Part shown: positions 36,164 through 46,027 of the stretch, one piece after another | Layout of the letters: each line of letters starts with the position of its first letter | Numbering within the stretch: position 1 is the stretch's first letter | Virus record (IMG/VR): IMGVR_UViG_2645727901_000008 | Length of the DNA stretch: 64,000 bases | Origin: a virus | Taxonomy: Duplodnaviria; Heunggongvirae; Uroviricota; Caudoviricetes | Direction: 5' to 3' (one strand) | Made by a program: the position numbers and the translations under genes | Notes under the pieces: generated by a model | Told to the model about the DNA's origin: nothing | Databases searched by the model: none | Seen by the model: only the letters and a program-made list of their open reading frames with translations

Positions 36164-36422
36164 TGAGGGTGATTTTTACACCTTAAGTGACGCTACTCAC
36201 ATATCCACAGAGTATTTTTATAAACCTTTTTCCATTTTTAATCCTTTTTAGATCCTTTTTAGGCGTCGCTGGAGCCAGTAGTGGCGCGGGCTGTAGAGGA
36301 GGCTGGTGTAAGATTTGCCCTCAATTAAATACGATCGGTGTAAGATTCGCCCTCAAAAGGTGTAAGATTTGCCCTCAAAAGGTGTAGTAATTGCCCTCAA
36401 AGTGATGTAAAAATTGCCCTCA
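36164..36422 (+). other. plasmid origin region (oriV): inverted iteron, DnaA box, AT-rich tract, five direct iterons
   Basis: Inverted iteron 36164..36182; DnaA-box-like aTATCCACA at 36201..36209; AT-rich 36211..36262 with repeated cctttttag; five iterons on a 21-22 bp period. Confidence 0.7.
36305..36422 (+). repeat. five direct iterons (GGTGTAAGATTTGCCCTCAA)
   Basis: Copies start at 36305, 36337, 36359, 36381 and 36402. Confidence 0.85.
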
Positions 36423-36446
36423 CCATTCGAAGGAACACACAGGGTT

Positions 36447-37202
36447 ATGAACAGAGCGGAATTAACAGCAAAAGCCGTCAGCCTGATTGAGTCAGCGACA
36501 CCTATTAGTCGTAGTTTGGCACAAGCCAATGAGATCACGGAGGCTGCTTATCACCTGACTCGCGACCAAAAGCGACTGTTGTTTATTGTGGTGGGAAGAC
36601 TTCGCTATGCTTCTAAGGATGGCGTTCTTGGTTCAGGTGCCTGTGAGTTGACGGTCAACGAATATGCAGAGATGTATAATTTGCCCTCTGCTGAAGCCAG
36701 CAAGGATATTCGTAAGGCCATTTCAGGGCTTAGCGAGAAGAAAGTTACGATATATAACCCTGATGAATCGACCGAATCAGAAGACAGTTATGAGTCTTAT
36801 CCTTGGATGATTAAGGATGCCTATTCACCACGGCGCGGGACTTACATTATTCATCTTAATCCATATCTCATGCCGTTTTTTACTCTGCTTGATAAGAGAT
36901 TCACGAGGCTGAATTTTACCGAAGTATCTCGCCTTACAAATCCTTATTCTATGCGGCTTTATGAGTCCTTATGCCAGTACAGGAAGGATGATGGAAGCGG
37001 CTTTGCCATACTTGGCGTCGAATGGATGCGGGAGCGTTATGGGTTACCAAAAAGCTATCAGCGGTATGCCGAATTTAAGAGAAGTTTTTTAACGAAGGCT
37101 GTAGCAGAGATTGAAAAAAATACAAAAATGAAAATAGTCTTCTCAGAGGTGACGGAAGGCGGAAAAGTTACCAGGATAAAATTTACCTATCAGCAGTCTT
37201 AA
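36447..37202 (+). CDS. repA: iteron-binding replication initiator RepA (Rep_3 / RepE-like)
   Basis: Starts MNRAELTAKAV...; the pattern EVSRLTNPYSMRLYESLCQYR...ERYGLPKSYQRYAEFKRSFLTKAVAEIEKNT is typical of Rep_3 initiators; flanked by iteron arrays. Confidence 0.85.
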   Translation: MNRAELTAKAVSLIESATPISRSLAQANEITEAAYHLTRDQKRLLFIVVGRLRYASKDGVLGSGACELTVNEYAEMYNLPSAEASKDIRKAISGLSEKKVTIYNPDESTESEDSYESYPWMIKDAYSPRRGTYIIHLNPYLMPFFTLLDKRFTRLNFTEVSRLTNPYSMRLYESLCQYRKDDGSGFAILGVEWMRERYGLPKSYQRYAEFKRSFLTKAVAEIEKNTKMKIVFSEVTEGGKVTRIKFTYQQS

Positions 37203-37531
37203 GGGCAATTTTTACACCCTTCTCAAGGTGTAGAATTTGCCCTTAACGATCGGCAATTGAGGGCAATTTTTACATCTTAATTGCATGTATCTTGTTATTA
37301 GCAAGTTGTGTTTTTATATAACGTATTGATATGTAAGGATTATGTAAAAATCACCCTCAACCAATATCGTGCGTATCGTGCATTCTTATTGCGCTTTTTT
37401 ATTATCATTCACTGTGTTAACTGATTGATATTATTGAAATGTGTAAAGAATGCCTTCATTACAGATGAATTGATGATGTAAAAAATGCCCTCAAAATTGC
37501 GCTACCTTCCCTACCCGCTATCGTTGAGGGC
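37201..37531. repeat. downstream iteron cluster in mixed orientation (copy-control-like)
   Basis: Iteron-like copies at 37201 (rc), 37228, 37257 (rc), 37339, 37471 and 37524 (rc, partial), with an AT-rich tract between. Confidence 0.7.
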
Positions 37532-37583
37532 GTGGGTGCTGACGGGAAATGAGCAACCCTCCAGCACACATAATTAAAGCGCT

Positions 37584-38291
37584 TCAGAATTTAATCACTC
37601 CACTCACAGCTCCCTTTAACGCACTTGTAGCCATGCCTGCGGCACCGTTGACCAAAGCAGAAACACCTGAGCCTGCGGATGTGTATTTCTGGAAAGTGAT
37701 TGGGTATGACAAGAACTCTGACACCTGATCACGTGAGCGAGTGATTTCCCCAAGTTGTGTAGGAAATACGCGCATTTCTTCTTCCAGTTCTTTTCCGCCG
37801 TCCTGAGTCACCCGGTAGACACGGATTTTCATCAGATATTCAGGAGGAAGGTTTATTGTTCCATCAGGGTTTGTTACACGAGAACGACGCTCTTTGAACC
37901 AGTCCATGATCTTGCCATCTTCGGTATCCCTCACGGTCATAGTGACCGGTCCGGCGCTAACATAGGTTGGCTTGCTGAATTCTACGCTGCCGATCACCTT
38001 GCTTTCTGTCTCAATGTTTCCACTGCTGTAGGTGATATCCTTCACGAACATATCGAAGCCGTTCAGGCCATCCACTTCAACGGTCCACTGCCACCCCTGG
38101 GCGTAACGGATACGCATAGCGGCAGCAACAATATTTTTCCCGTAGGCAATATCGCTACTGTAATTCCCGCTTACCCCGCCGCCTGATATGGCTTTATCAA
38201 GAATGTCGCTAATGAGGTTGCTGGTGAATGATTTCGTGTTAAATGACAATGCGGTGGTCAACGTTCTACCAACGCTGCTGAAAATACTCAC
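37584..38291 (-). CDS. tail/baseplate structural protein (hypothetical)
   Basis: 235-aa ORF in the contiguous late operon running from the capsid gene. Confidence 0.45.
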   Translation of the reverse strand: MSIFSSVGRTLTTALSFNTKSFTSNLISDILDKAISGGGVSGNYSSDIAYGKNIVAAAMRIRYAQGWQWTVEVDGLNGFDMFVKDITYSSGNIETESKVIGSVEFSKPTYVSAGPVTMTVRDTEDGKIMDWFKERRSRVTNPDGTINLPPEYLMKIRVYRVTQDGGKELEEEMRVFPTQLGEITRSRDQVSEFLSYPITFQKYTSAGSGVSALVNGAAGMATSALKGAVSGVIKF

Positions 38292-38306
38292 TCTGCGCCT
38301 CCAGCG

Positions 38307-38897
38307 TTAAAAAATGGTAGCCCCCGGAATAATGGCCCGGTTTGAGGACATTTTTTCCTCTATCTCCTGCACTCGGGCATATAGCGTGGCTTCATCGGGC
38401 AGATCGGAGTAGTCAAATTTCCCGTCGATGGACGCTCTACGCTGCCGGGCGACATTTCTGACATTGATAAGCGCCTCCAGATATTCCTCCAGCATTCCAA
38501 TGATTGCAGGAGGCACTTGCCATTCATCCAGCTTTCTGTCGCGTAGATTAACCAGATAGAGCATCCGAAAAGGCCAGCGTTCTGAACCTGTTAGCTCTAA
38601 TTCAATAAAGCCGGATAATTCATCCGAATAGACCAACAGGCCATTGTTGTCGGTAACATGAACCAGAGAGAGATAATCTTCTGGCAATGGAATTGCAGTA
38701 CCACCAGCTTTTTCAAGTTTTAACGTTTTCACTACCCCTGCCCTGTCCTGATACGTGGTCAGAGCTTTGATCAGGAAGGCTTTCAGCGTTTCTTCTTCAC
38801 GCACAAGCAGTGGATTAAATCGTGCTTTAACGCTTTCTAATAATTCGGTTGGTGTCATCGTGCCTACAACTCCAAAACAAAGATGTTCCCGCCACAA
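38307..38897 (-). CDS. tail structural protein (hypothetical)
   Basis: 196-aa ORF, tightly packed in the late operon. Confidence 0.45.
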   Translation of the reverse strand: MWREHLCFGVVGTMTPTELLESVKARFNPLLVREEETLKAFLIKALTTYQDRAGVVKTLKLEKAGGTAIPLPEDYLSLVHVTDNNGLLVYSDELSGFIELELTGSERWPFRMLYLVNLRDRKLDEWQVPPAIIGMLEEYLEALINVRNVARQRRASIDGKFDYSDLPDEATLYARVQEIEEKMSSNRAIIPGATIF

Positions 38898-38912
38898 GGG
38901 CGGGAGCGGGGA

Positions 38913-39404
38913 TTATTCTGCCCAGTTGTAAACAATACGCAGAGAAGGTTTAACAACAGCCGTTACGTCTTCGGAAGAGAAGTCCACGGCGTCGGAATAC
39001 ACTTTGCAGTGAGAATATGTGCGGATCAGACCTTTATGGTTACCGCTATTCGATTCAGCCGCCGCCTGTAAGGTAATTTCCAGATATTCTTTTCCGTATA
39101 CCATCTGTTTTACAGCGGCGAGAACTGCGCCTTCGATAGTTTCCGCGCATGTGACCTGAAATTCACCAGAGTTGCGTAATGGTCCGTGCTGGTTGAATTT
39201 CATGCCACCAGGGGCGTAATCCTCCACATCTTCACGTGTCATTTCTGGTAACTGAGCTGTACGAACTAGTACAGACAGATGTTCGTAACCCTTAATGGTC
39301 ATCCAATATTCAGAACCAATAAGTTTTTCGCCTGCAGCCAGGTTTTTATTAAACCGGGATTTTAGAAAGGCCATATCGGCTTTTGTATTTGCAAAACCGG
39401 ACAT
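38913..39404 (-). CDS. putative tail tube protein
   Basis: 163 aa, downstream of the sheath gene as in contractile-tail modules. Position and size only. Confidence 0.4.
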   Translation of the reverse strand: MSGFANTKADMAFLKSRFNKNLAAGEKLIGSEYWMTIKGYEHLSVLVRTAQLPEMTREDVEDYAPGGMKFNQHGPLRNSGEFQVTCAETIEGAVLAAVKQMVYGKEYLEITLQAAAESNSGNHKGLIRTYSHCKVYSDAVDFSSEDVTAVVKPSLRIVYNWAE

Positions 39405-39412
39405 AAATACTC

Positions 39413-40003
39413 CTACACAAAAACAGATGAGATATTGCTACGGTTGATCGATGTGTTACCGCTGCATTGCAGGGTTACCGTGTTATGAGTGAAATAGCCT
39501 TCCGGTGTGCGCGGGGCGTCCAGTTGGTAACTCACGCTTTTGATAACAACGTCGGTAAGGGCTATGTTCCTACCTATGTTTAACGTTACTGTCTCCGGGC
39601 GACGACCGAATGGCGCTACATTGTTCAGTTCCGGCGATTCCATCTTCAGCAATGCTGTAATGGCTGCGTTCACTTCAAGTTGCGCATTCACTGTCGCCAT
39701 GAAATCAATTACCAGATTAAATTCAGGCGGTTGCTGACCTTCCCAAACAAGCATTGAGTTGAAGAGGGTTTTTGTTGTTACGCCGGTTGCGGTCTGAAGC
39801 GTATCTGCAAGAGAGCCAGCCGCAGCGCTAATACCGCCAAGCAAACCTCCTACTGACTGGTTTTCAAATGGTGATTGCCACATTGATGACAGTTCTGCGG
39901 TAGATCCTTCACCGATATAACCGACGACCATATCCTCTGAAGAGAGGATATAAACCTTCATTAACGGACTTATTCCGTCAGGCATTATCGCGCCGCAAAT
40001 CAA
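39413..40003 (-). CDS. tail structural protein (hypothetical)
   Basis: 196-aa ORF in the late operon. Confidence 0.45.
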   Translation of the reverse strand: MICGAIMPDGISPLMKVYILSSEDMVVGYIGEGSTAELSSMWQSPFENQSVGGLLGGISAAAGSLADTLQTATGVTTKTLFNSMLVWEGQQPPEFNLVIDFMATVNAQLEVNAAITALLKMESPELNNVAPFGRRPETVTLNIGRNIALTDVVIKSVSYQLDAPRTPEGYFTHNTVTLQCSGNTSINRSNISSVFV

Positions 40004-40052
40004 ACGCTATTTCTCCCAGGTAGAGGCCACCTTTGCAGGCGGCCTGTGTCAC

Positions 40053-40793
40053 TTACAAACCGCGTTTTTTGCGAATGCGCATTGATTTTTTGCGGTTAAT
40101 ATTCGCTACGGATGTATGTGCTTTGCGGCGTGCTTTTTTCAGCGCCTGTTTTTGCAATGACGTCATGCGGCGAGGACGCGGGCGTTTACGGATGATGGTA
40201 ACCTTGCCATCACGAACCACTTTTTTACGTACCGCTTCCAGCATTGCGCTATCACCACCAGCAACGGTGTAAATGGCAATAGCTGTTTCCATCATGTCGG
40301 TGTCGCTTTCGGAAAGAGCGTCATAAACACGTTCGGCAGCTGAGTCATCTTCATCGTCGATCATTTCGGTTACATCGTCCTGATCAGCGCCAAGCGCAAC
40401 AGCTGCATCAGCAAGAGCTGCGAGAGCATCGTTATAAGCATCGATTTGCTCATCGGTGAAATCGGTGTCTTCATCGATATCAGCCAGGCCAGCCATAGTG
40501 ATTGCTAATGCATCAAATGAGTCAGCCTCCGGATCACCATCTTCAACCCAACCAGCAAGCATGGAAGCTGCCAGGCTACGCATATCACCTTGTGCACGGG
40601 ATTCAACCGCTTCCATCATCGCGGTTTCAATGTCGTCTTTGGGCTTTGGTTGAGTGTCCTTTCCTTTCTGTCCTGCGCTTTCCAGCATGGCGTTATCATT
40701 ATTGTCCTGCGTGGATTTATCACCGCTTTCAAAGCAGCCAGAACCGAAAATCGCACGCATAAAAGGATCAGCAGTATAATTTTTCATATTCAA
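40053..40793 (-). CDS. acidic protein with a basic C-terminal tail
   Basis: 246 aa; D/E-rich body and a K/R-rich last ~50 residues (…IIRKRPRPRRMTSLQKQALKKARRKAH…), suggesting a DNA- or RNA-binding tail. Confidence 0.45.
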   Translation of the reverse strand: MNMKNYTADPFMRAIFGSGCFESGDKSTQDNNDNAMLESAGQKGKDTQPKPKDDIETAMMEAVESRAQGDMRSLAASMLAGWVEDGDPEADSFDALAITMAGLADIDEDTDFTDEQIDAYNDALAALADAAVALGADQDDVTEMIDDEDDSAAERVYDALSESDTDMMETAIAIYTVAGGDSAMLEAVRKKVVRDGKVTIIRKRPRPRRMTSLQKQALKKARRKAHTSVANINRKKSMRIRKKRGL

Positions 40794-40832
40794 ACCTCTC
40801 TCCCCCGCATCATTTAGCGGGGGGGTTATAAA

Positions 40833-42491
40833 TCAGCGCATCAGAATTGGCTTACCGACGATTCGGCGAGCTGTACCGGTCGGACAAACAGACCAGGACA
40901 CTTCCCACAGATCGATGTCCTTTTGGACAACCTGAACAACATATGGATCTTCGCCCTGGGACTTGTCACGTGGAGTAACCAGCGCACCGGCTGCAACGTA
41001 ACGGTCAAGCAATTCAGTCATTGCTTTCATTAGCGTTTCTTTAGTAATGCCATCTGGTTCATGCTTAATTGTCTGAGCAACTTCATAGAAATTGCGGGCA
41101 ATAGCATTCATCAGAGACGAAACGTGCTGGAATCGCAGGTAGTTGTTTTTACTGAAAGTAGTTAAAGAGTCGTCGATGTAGACAGAACCATCAGCAGCAA
41201 CAGAAACTGGATTAATGCGCGCAAGAACGAACGCTTCACGATCAACTGCACCGATATTTGGAATTCGGGCAATGTTCTGTCGATCAATAATCGCGCGTGA
41301 TATACCTGCCGGTGCGTAATGCCAACCACCAACATCCGGTACCAGCGCCACTCCTTTTGCCTTCGCTACGAATGCGTCGCAGCTAATGCCATAGACGACA
41401 TTCATTCCAGTGAAAGTATCTCGGCAGGAGAGTGGGAAGTAGTAACGGCTTGGTTGATGTGAGCCGCCAAAACTATGGCTTTTCGCTTCTGAAATAGCGT
41501 TTTCAGGTGTCTGGTTGCCCTTCAGGTCATAGAACATGTCTACGCGAACATCTTCAGCCAGCTTTTTGATTGCGGCTAAGGCGGATGCGTCATAACAGCC
41601 AAGTGACAGCAATGCGGTGTAATTAACCTCTGAAGCTTCGAGAACCTTTAATGCTTCCAGATAGTCTGCAGCGTTAATTTCGGACAGATTTCCATCAGTA
41701 CCACCTTCAAAAGCTACATCCTCAAAAATGAGTTGAGCAGCGGATGCTTCTGCATTATCTGCCAGTACGGCACCAATGCGAGAGGACTGGCTTTCAAGCA
41801 GTGTCGGAATCCATGCTGGTTGGCCCATGTCGTTGGTGCCTTCTGGATTGAAAGACACTTGGTGACTTTCCAGCACCTCAATGGACCCATCGGTTTGTTT
41901 TTCTTTCAGCGTCAGCGTAAAGAGTTCGCTTTCTTCATCATCGCGAGTTAGTGATAACGTGCGATTTTGAGATGCATCACCATCTTTGATGAAGAATAAT
42001 GCCTTCTCTCCACTTTTAATCTGGGGCGTCTCTTTGGGTGTGAAGGTCACTGATTGAGTCGTTGCAGTTGAAGCAACACCAACGCTTAATGTGTCACCTG
42101 GATTTACTGTGGTTTCAGTAGGTTCAACGGAAAGTTCTTTGCTCGCCTTTGCCGCTTTTGCTTTGCCCACAACGGAAACAGAAATACCCGGCACCTTCAT
42201 GTCTTTAGCGCAAACTCGAACGACATATCCAGAGCCGCCTTTTACTGCACGCTCCACGTGGCGATATGGTTCAAATGCCGCGCCCTGGCGAGGGTGAATC
42301 GGTGAACCTAATACGCTTTGATAAGTCGTATCGTCAACTTTCAGTACCTTACCCGGTGCGCCACGACGCGATATTACAAGCCCAGCAAAGACGGATGCGC
42401 CACCGCTGGTATTGGTGAGGGTAGCGTCAGCATTTACTGACATTACAGCAACGCCAGCTGCCTGCCCTACCGAAAAACTAATCTTATTCAT
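40833..42491 (-). CDS. tail sheath protein
   Basis: 552 aa; size and C-terminal region consistent with contractile sheath proteins; adjacent to the capsid gene as P1 genes 22/23 are (from memory). Confidence 0.6.
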   Translation of the reverse strand: MNKISFSVGQAAGVAVMSVNADATLTNTSGGASVFAGLVISRRGAPGKVLKVDDTTYQSVLGSPIHPRQGAAFEPYRHVERAVKGGSGYVVRVCAKDMKVPGISVSVVGKAKAAKASKELSVEPTETTVNPGDTLSVGVASTATTQSVTFTPKETPQIKSGEKALFFIKDGDASQNRTLSLTRDDEESELFTLTLKEKQTDGSIEVLESHQVSFNPEGTNDMGQPAWIPTLLESQSSRIGAVLADNAEASAAQLIFEDVAFEGGTDGNLSEINAADYLEALKVLEASEVNYTALLSLGCYDASALAAIKKLAEDVRVDMFYDLKGNQTPENAISEAKSHSFGGSHQPSRYYFPLSCRDTFTGMNVVYGISCDAFVAKAKGVALVPDVGGWHYAPAGISRAIIDRQNIARIPNIGAVDREAFVLARINPVSVAADGSVYIDDSLTTFSKNNYLRFQHVSSLMNAIARNFYEVAQTIKHEPDGITKETLMKAMTELLDRYVAAGALVTPRDKSQGEDPYVVQVVQKDIDLWEVSWSVCPTGTARRIVGKPILMR

Positions 42492-42558
42492 GCTGGTTCT
42501 TATCCTCTAAAGCGAGAGAACGAGGCAAGGCTACCCACGGTTAATGGGCAGCCTCTGA

Positions 42559-42837
42559 TCAGGATTGGCTTACCGTGAAGTTATCGCCTACGGTTACTTC
42601 TTTCGTAGTTGGTTCAACACTGACGGTGCTTACGCTTTTATGTGCCTCCCTAACAGTGACTGTGCACTGTGCGGTTTTATTGCCGTCATTTGTTTTGATT
42701 GTCAGCACTGCCTGCCCGGCCTTAAGAGCGGTACATGTAGTGCCATCAACCCGGACAATATCAGGGTGATCTGACTCAACAGTGAAAGATTTGTCTGTTG
42801 CGTCAGATGGCGTGATAGTTACTTGAATGTTTGCCAT
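42559..42837 (-). CDS. Ig-like domain protein (possible decoration protein)
   Basis: 92 aa, Thr/Val-rich beta-strand pattern typical of bacterial Ig-like domains; SD aggag. Confidence 0.5.
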   Translation of the reverse strand: MANIQVTITPSDATDKSFTVESDHPDIVRVDGTTCTALKAGQAVLTIKTNDGNKTAQCTVTVREAHKSVSTVSVEPTTKEVTVGDNFTVSQS

Positions 42838-42983
42838 TTTTTCTCCTGAACGCCCCTTAATCAGGGGCGTGTTTTTGCCTTACTTCTGCTTTGTTTTTTT
42901 CTGTGCCTTTGAAGTGTTCGCGGCGATAGTTTCACCTTCATCTACGTCAAGTGACGTTGGTGATACCGACACGTTCGCCACCA

Positions 42984-44681
42984 TCACTTTTTTTCGTTAA
43001 CCTTGCCTGTCAGCATGTCGATAGCACCTTCTTTGGCACGAGTCAGACGCAGGCGGGTGAAGTAGTTTTCACCGTTGCGAGGATGTACTTCGTTGATGGC
43101 ACTGCCCCAGAGAGTGGTACGGTTAACGAGAGACGGATTGGTTTCGTGAACGTAAGGGATTGCTGGGACTGCATCACCAGCAATCAGACCGGCTTTACCA
43201 ATGCCTTCGCCACGCCCATAGAAGAAGATGTCATCCAGCCCGAAGTCATATCCCTGTGCCTGGAATTGCTCACAGACAGGTTGCGGCACTTCGTAAATAC
43301 GAATCGTGCCAAACAGGGTGCCGATGTACTGTACATACGGCGACTGAACGTAACCTGGTGCGATCTGGAAGTGCTGTGGAGGCAGAGAGCGCAGGAAGTT
43401 CGCGGCGTCACCACCAGCAAAGCCGCCACGAATACCCGTTGTCAGGGTACGATTTGCCATTTCTTGAGACAGAGCGTTTACTACGTGACGCAGGAGGCCG
43501 ACCCAGGACTCATAGTTTTGAGCTTCCGGCAGAGCCACATCAAATTCACGACCATAAACGGTATGGAATACCAGGGTGCGCAGACGCATGATGTCGGTTT
43601 CATGGGAGATCCAGTTACGCATCGCGGAGAACTGAAGTGCCGCTAATTCAAGGCCGTGCTCACGGCTTAAATCGGATGCGGACATTACCGTGTGTTCGGA
43701 AGCAATTACGTACTGGGACGGACGAACTTCGTACTTACGCATAGCCTGGTTGATCACCGGAATCAGGCTTGGATTGCGCTCGATGTTAATTTCGACCTGA
43801 ACAGCAATTTCAGTCCCTTCTGCTGGCGCTTGAGTGAAGGTAATGTCGATGACACCAGTGTCATAGGCAACTTTGGCAGTCGCTGAGAAAGCATTACCTT
43901 TGCTGTCTTTAGCATTGAAATAAAGGTTGCCATCGCCGTCGTCAACTTTGGACGGTTTGCGGTTGATCAGCAGTTTGTTATAACCAGCGCGAAGCGGGCA
44001 GGATTGTCCCTCAAAATTTTGGATGTCGAACTGGAAGGTTTTGGTGCTGCCATCCCCTTTAGTGGAAAGGGTATACAGGCGCTTCATTTGAGAATAAACA
44101 CCAGCTGACTGCATATTCAGTTCGTCACCTTGTTTGAAGGTGCCGAATTTTGTGCCTGCTACGTTGACCAGTTCATAAATATTTGACTCGTCACGATCAC
44201 AAGGAACAAAAGTACAGGCATCACTGGTAGCAGCGCCCAGAGAGGCAGGCAGAATTAGAGCAGCATATTGAGCAACTTTCATTACGCCGTCAGAGCTACG
44301 CATTGATTGCGCGACAGACTCAAACATTGCCTTACCCGTGCCTTCATGGGTATCACTGGCACATTCAGTCATCAGGCGTTCAAGAGCCATGTGTGCGTTC
44401 GCCAGGATGTCACTTGCCGGGTAATGACCATGTTGACGTTTATACTCATGCAGAGACATAGCCCACCCACCAGTGATCTGACGAGCGACCTCTGGATTTA
44501 CGCCTTCAAACATAGGCACTTTCTGGATTGCTTTATCCAGGTTTTCCATCATTACTGCCTGGTCAGCAATCATGTTGCCTGCTGCATCGGTGGTCGGATC
44601 GACGGTCATAGCCATGACGCTTGCCGCCCGATTCATAATCTCGCGCTCGCGATCACGAGCTGGCTGAATGTTTTTATTCAC
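42984..44681 (-). CDS. putative major capsid protein
   Basis: 565 aa, first gene after a late-type motif and followed by a stem-loop and the sheath gene. Confidence 0.55.
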   Translation of the reverse strand: MNKNIQPARDREREIMNRAASVMAMTVDPTTDAAGNMIADQAVMMENLDKAIQKVPMFEGVNPEVARQITGGWAMSLHEYKRQHGHYPASDILANAHMALERLMTECASDTHEGTGKAMFESVAQSMRSSDGVMKVAQYAALILPASLGAATSDACTFVPCDRDESNIYELVNVAGTKFGTFKQGDELNMQSAGVYSQMKRLYTLSTKGDGSTKTFQFDIQNFEGQSCPLRAGYNKLLINRKPSKVDDGDGNLYFNAKDSKGNAFSATAKVAYDTGVIDITFTQAPAEGTEIAVQVEINIERNPSLIPVINQAMRKYEVRPSQYVIASEHTVMSASDLSREHGLELAALQFSAMRNWISHETDIMRLRTLVFHTVYGREFDVALPEAQNYESWVGLLRHVVNALSQEMANRTLTTGIRGGFAGGDAANFLRSLPPQHFQIAPGYVQSPYVQYIGTLFGTIRIYEVPQPVCEQFQAQGYDFGLDDIFFYGRGEGIGKAGLIAGDAVPAIPYVHETNPSLVNRTTLWGSAINEVHPRNGENYFTRLRLTRAKEGAIDMLTGKVNEKK

Positions 44682-44739
44682 GGTTAAGCCCTAAATTCGG
44701 GCGCGGCGTGAAGGTTCTTTTGACGGGCTAACAATACCT

Positions 44740-44753
44740 ACTTTGTGATTTAG
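44740..44753 (-). promoter_or_regulatory. late-promoter-like motif (actttgtgatttag)
   Basis: Core TTTGTGATTT 59-72 bp upstream of the capsid gene start. Confidence 0.4.
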
Positions 44754-44812
44754 TCAATAGGTTTAGTAAAATAAAATCTATTAACACTCATGTTGTTATG
44801 TGGTTTAATTTT

Positions 44813-44830
44813 AGTTTTCTAACACAAATC
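44813..44830 (+). promoter_or_regulatory. C1-operator-like motif copy (agttttctaacacaaatc)
   Basis: Motif 10 bp upstream of the ATG at 44840 of a plus-strand gene pair. Confidence 0.45.
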
Positions 44831-44839
44831 ATTAGAGTT

Positions 44840-45232
44840 ATGGCGTATCGAATCTTTGTTTCGTATAAAAATGGCGCTAAGAGCCACTCTCTGAACACAA
44901 CAAGTCGCTTTCTTGTTGAGGCGCAGTTGGCATCAATTCTTGCCGAAAGTGAGATACTCTCGCTCGCTGAACGGATCGTTATCCAGTTTTCTGGTAGAGA
45001 TATACTCAATGTCCCCGCCCTCACCCCGGCCTCCGAAGTTATGGAATCAATTAAATGGCCTGTATGCGGATGTCCTGCCAGGGTTGAAGAGCCGGTAACA
45101 GCAACGCTCTACATGCCGAAAGCAGTAAGAGATTGGCTTGCTATGGTTGGTAATGGGAAAGTCAGTGCTGGACTTCGCAAGTTAATTGAAATGGCAGATA
45201 TTCCTGAGTTAAAAAACGCATGGCGACAATGA
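44840..45232 (+). CDS. hypothetical protein (operator-controlled early gene)
   Basis: 130 aa from ATG 44840 (the track start at 44798 is an alternative codon inside the operator region). Confidence 0.45.
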   Translation: MAYRIFVSYKNGAKSHSLNTTSRFLVEAQLASILAESEILSLAERIVIQFSGRDILNVPALTPASEVMESIKWPVCGCPARVEEPVTATLYMPKAVRDWLAMVGNGKVSAGLRKLIEMADIPELKNAWRQ

Positions 45233-45248
45233 GTAAACAAGGGACAAA

Positions 45249-45707
45249 ATGAGCCACGTTAACCCATCAAAAACACAATATCGCTTAATGCTGGCGATCG
45301 CGTCAGCTATACCAACCAGCCTGAATCCCCCGGCAGGCTATCCCGCTGTTGTTGATGATTGTTTTCAGTATTACGGAGAAGACATCCTGAGCCAGTCCAA
45401 AGCGCTCAAGCAGTTATGTAAGGCAGGTATTCTTCACTGTATCGGAGATCCGGACGATTTTGTTGTTATGCTGGCGGATCGTGACTCTTTTCTACTGTCC
45501 TGGAAAGCCGGTGCGCGCGAAGCACGTTTGGGGAATGGTATTGGTTACATAGACTATAGTGATTGTCCGCTGGCATTTGCTGGTGGATATATGCATTGGC
45601 ATGAGCGAAATAGAGGCCGTCAGCGTCAGTATCGCTTGAGTGACTTTAACGTCTGTCACGGTTTCGAAGAAGCTGACAGCCAGGACATCTGGCTTCAGGA
45701 GCCTTGA
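45249..45707 (+). CDS. hypothetical protein
   Basis: 152-aa ORF with SD aaggga, 16 bp after the previous gene. Confidence 0.45.
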   Translation: MSHVNPSKTQYRLMLAIASAIPTSLNPPAGYPAVVDDCFQYYGEDILSQSKALKQLCKAGILHCIGDPDDFVVMLADRDSFLLSWKAGAREARLGNGIGYIDYSDCPLAFAGGYMHWHERNRGRQRQYRLSDFNVCHGFEEADSQDIWLQEP

Positions 45708-46027
45708 TCCCCCTTCCCTTCCCAAATCTCCCTGTTTCTTTGGTTATTCAGTGCGTTTCGTTGGTTGCATTCGTCGATCGTGCTGAATAACTGTTCAGCG
45801 TATGTCGGATACTTGTTTAACAGCACTGGCGTGTCCTCTGGCACTAAACAAGGGGAGTAATCAATCAGATTTGCCTGCGGCTTGCTGGTGGCTTCTACGG
45901 TAATTTTCACTGGCACGCTGGTTGATGGCTTTTGCCCGTTCCCGCTGCATCCTGATAACGTCATCAGGCACACGCACATCGTTAATCCCAGCACGGCGTA
46001 ACGCATTTTCAAGGCGAGTGATTTCAT
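45695..46027 (-). CDS. o-spanin (Rz1-like outer-membrane lipoprotein)
   Basis: Lipobox LMTLSGCS after a hydrophobic signal, Pro-rich mature part; start lies inside the Rz-like gene in another frame. Confidence 0.55.
   Translation of the reverse strand: MKSLALKMRYAVLGLTMCVCLMTLSGCSGNGQKPSTSVPVKITVEATSKPQANLIDYSPCLVPEDTPVLLNKYPTYAEQLFSTIDECNQRNALNNQRNREIWEGKGDQGS

Noticed and set aside
36305-36422. Possible CRISPR array at the regular direct repeats
   Set aside because: Repeats are about 20 bp on a 21-22 bp period with no unique spacers, directly upstream of a Rep_3 initiator gene and next to a DnaA box: classic iterons.
42853-42871. Hairpin cgcccc-ttaatca-ggggcg between capsid and Ig-like genes as a terminator
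   Set aside because: The T-run follows it only on the plus strand, whereas both flanking genes are minus-strand; more likely an RNA stability or attenuation element within the late operon.
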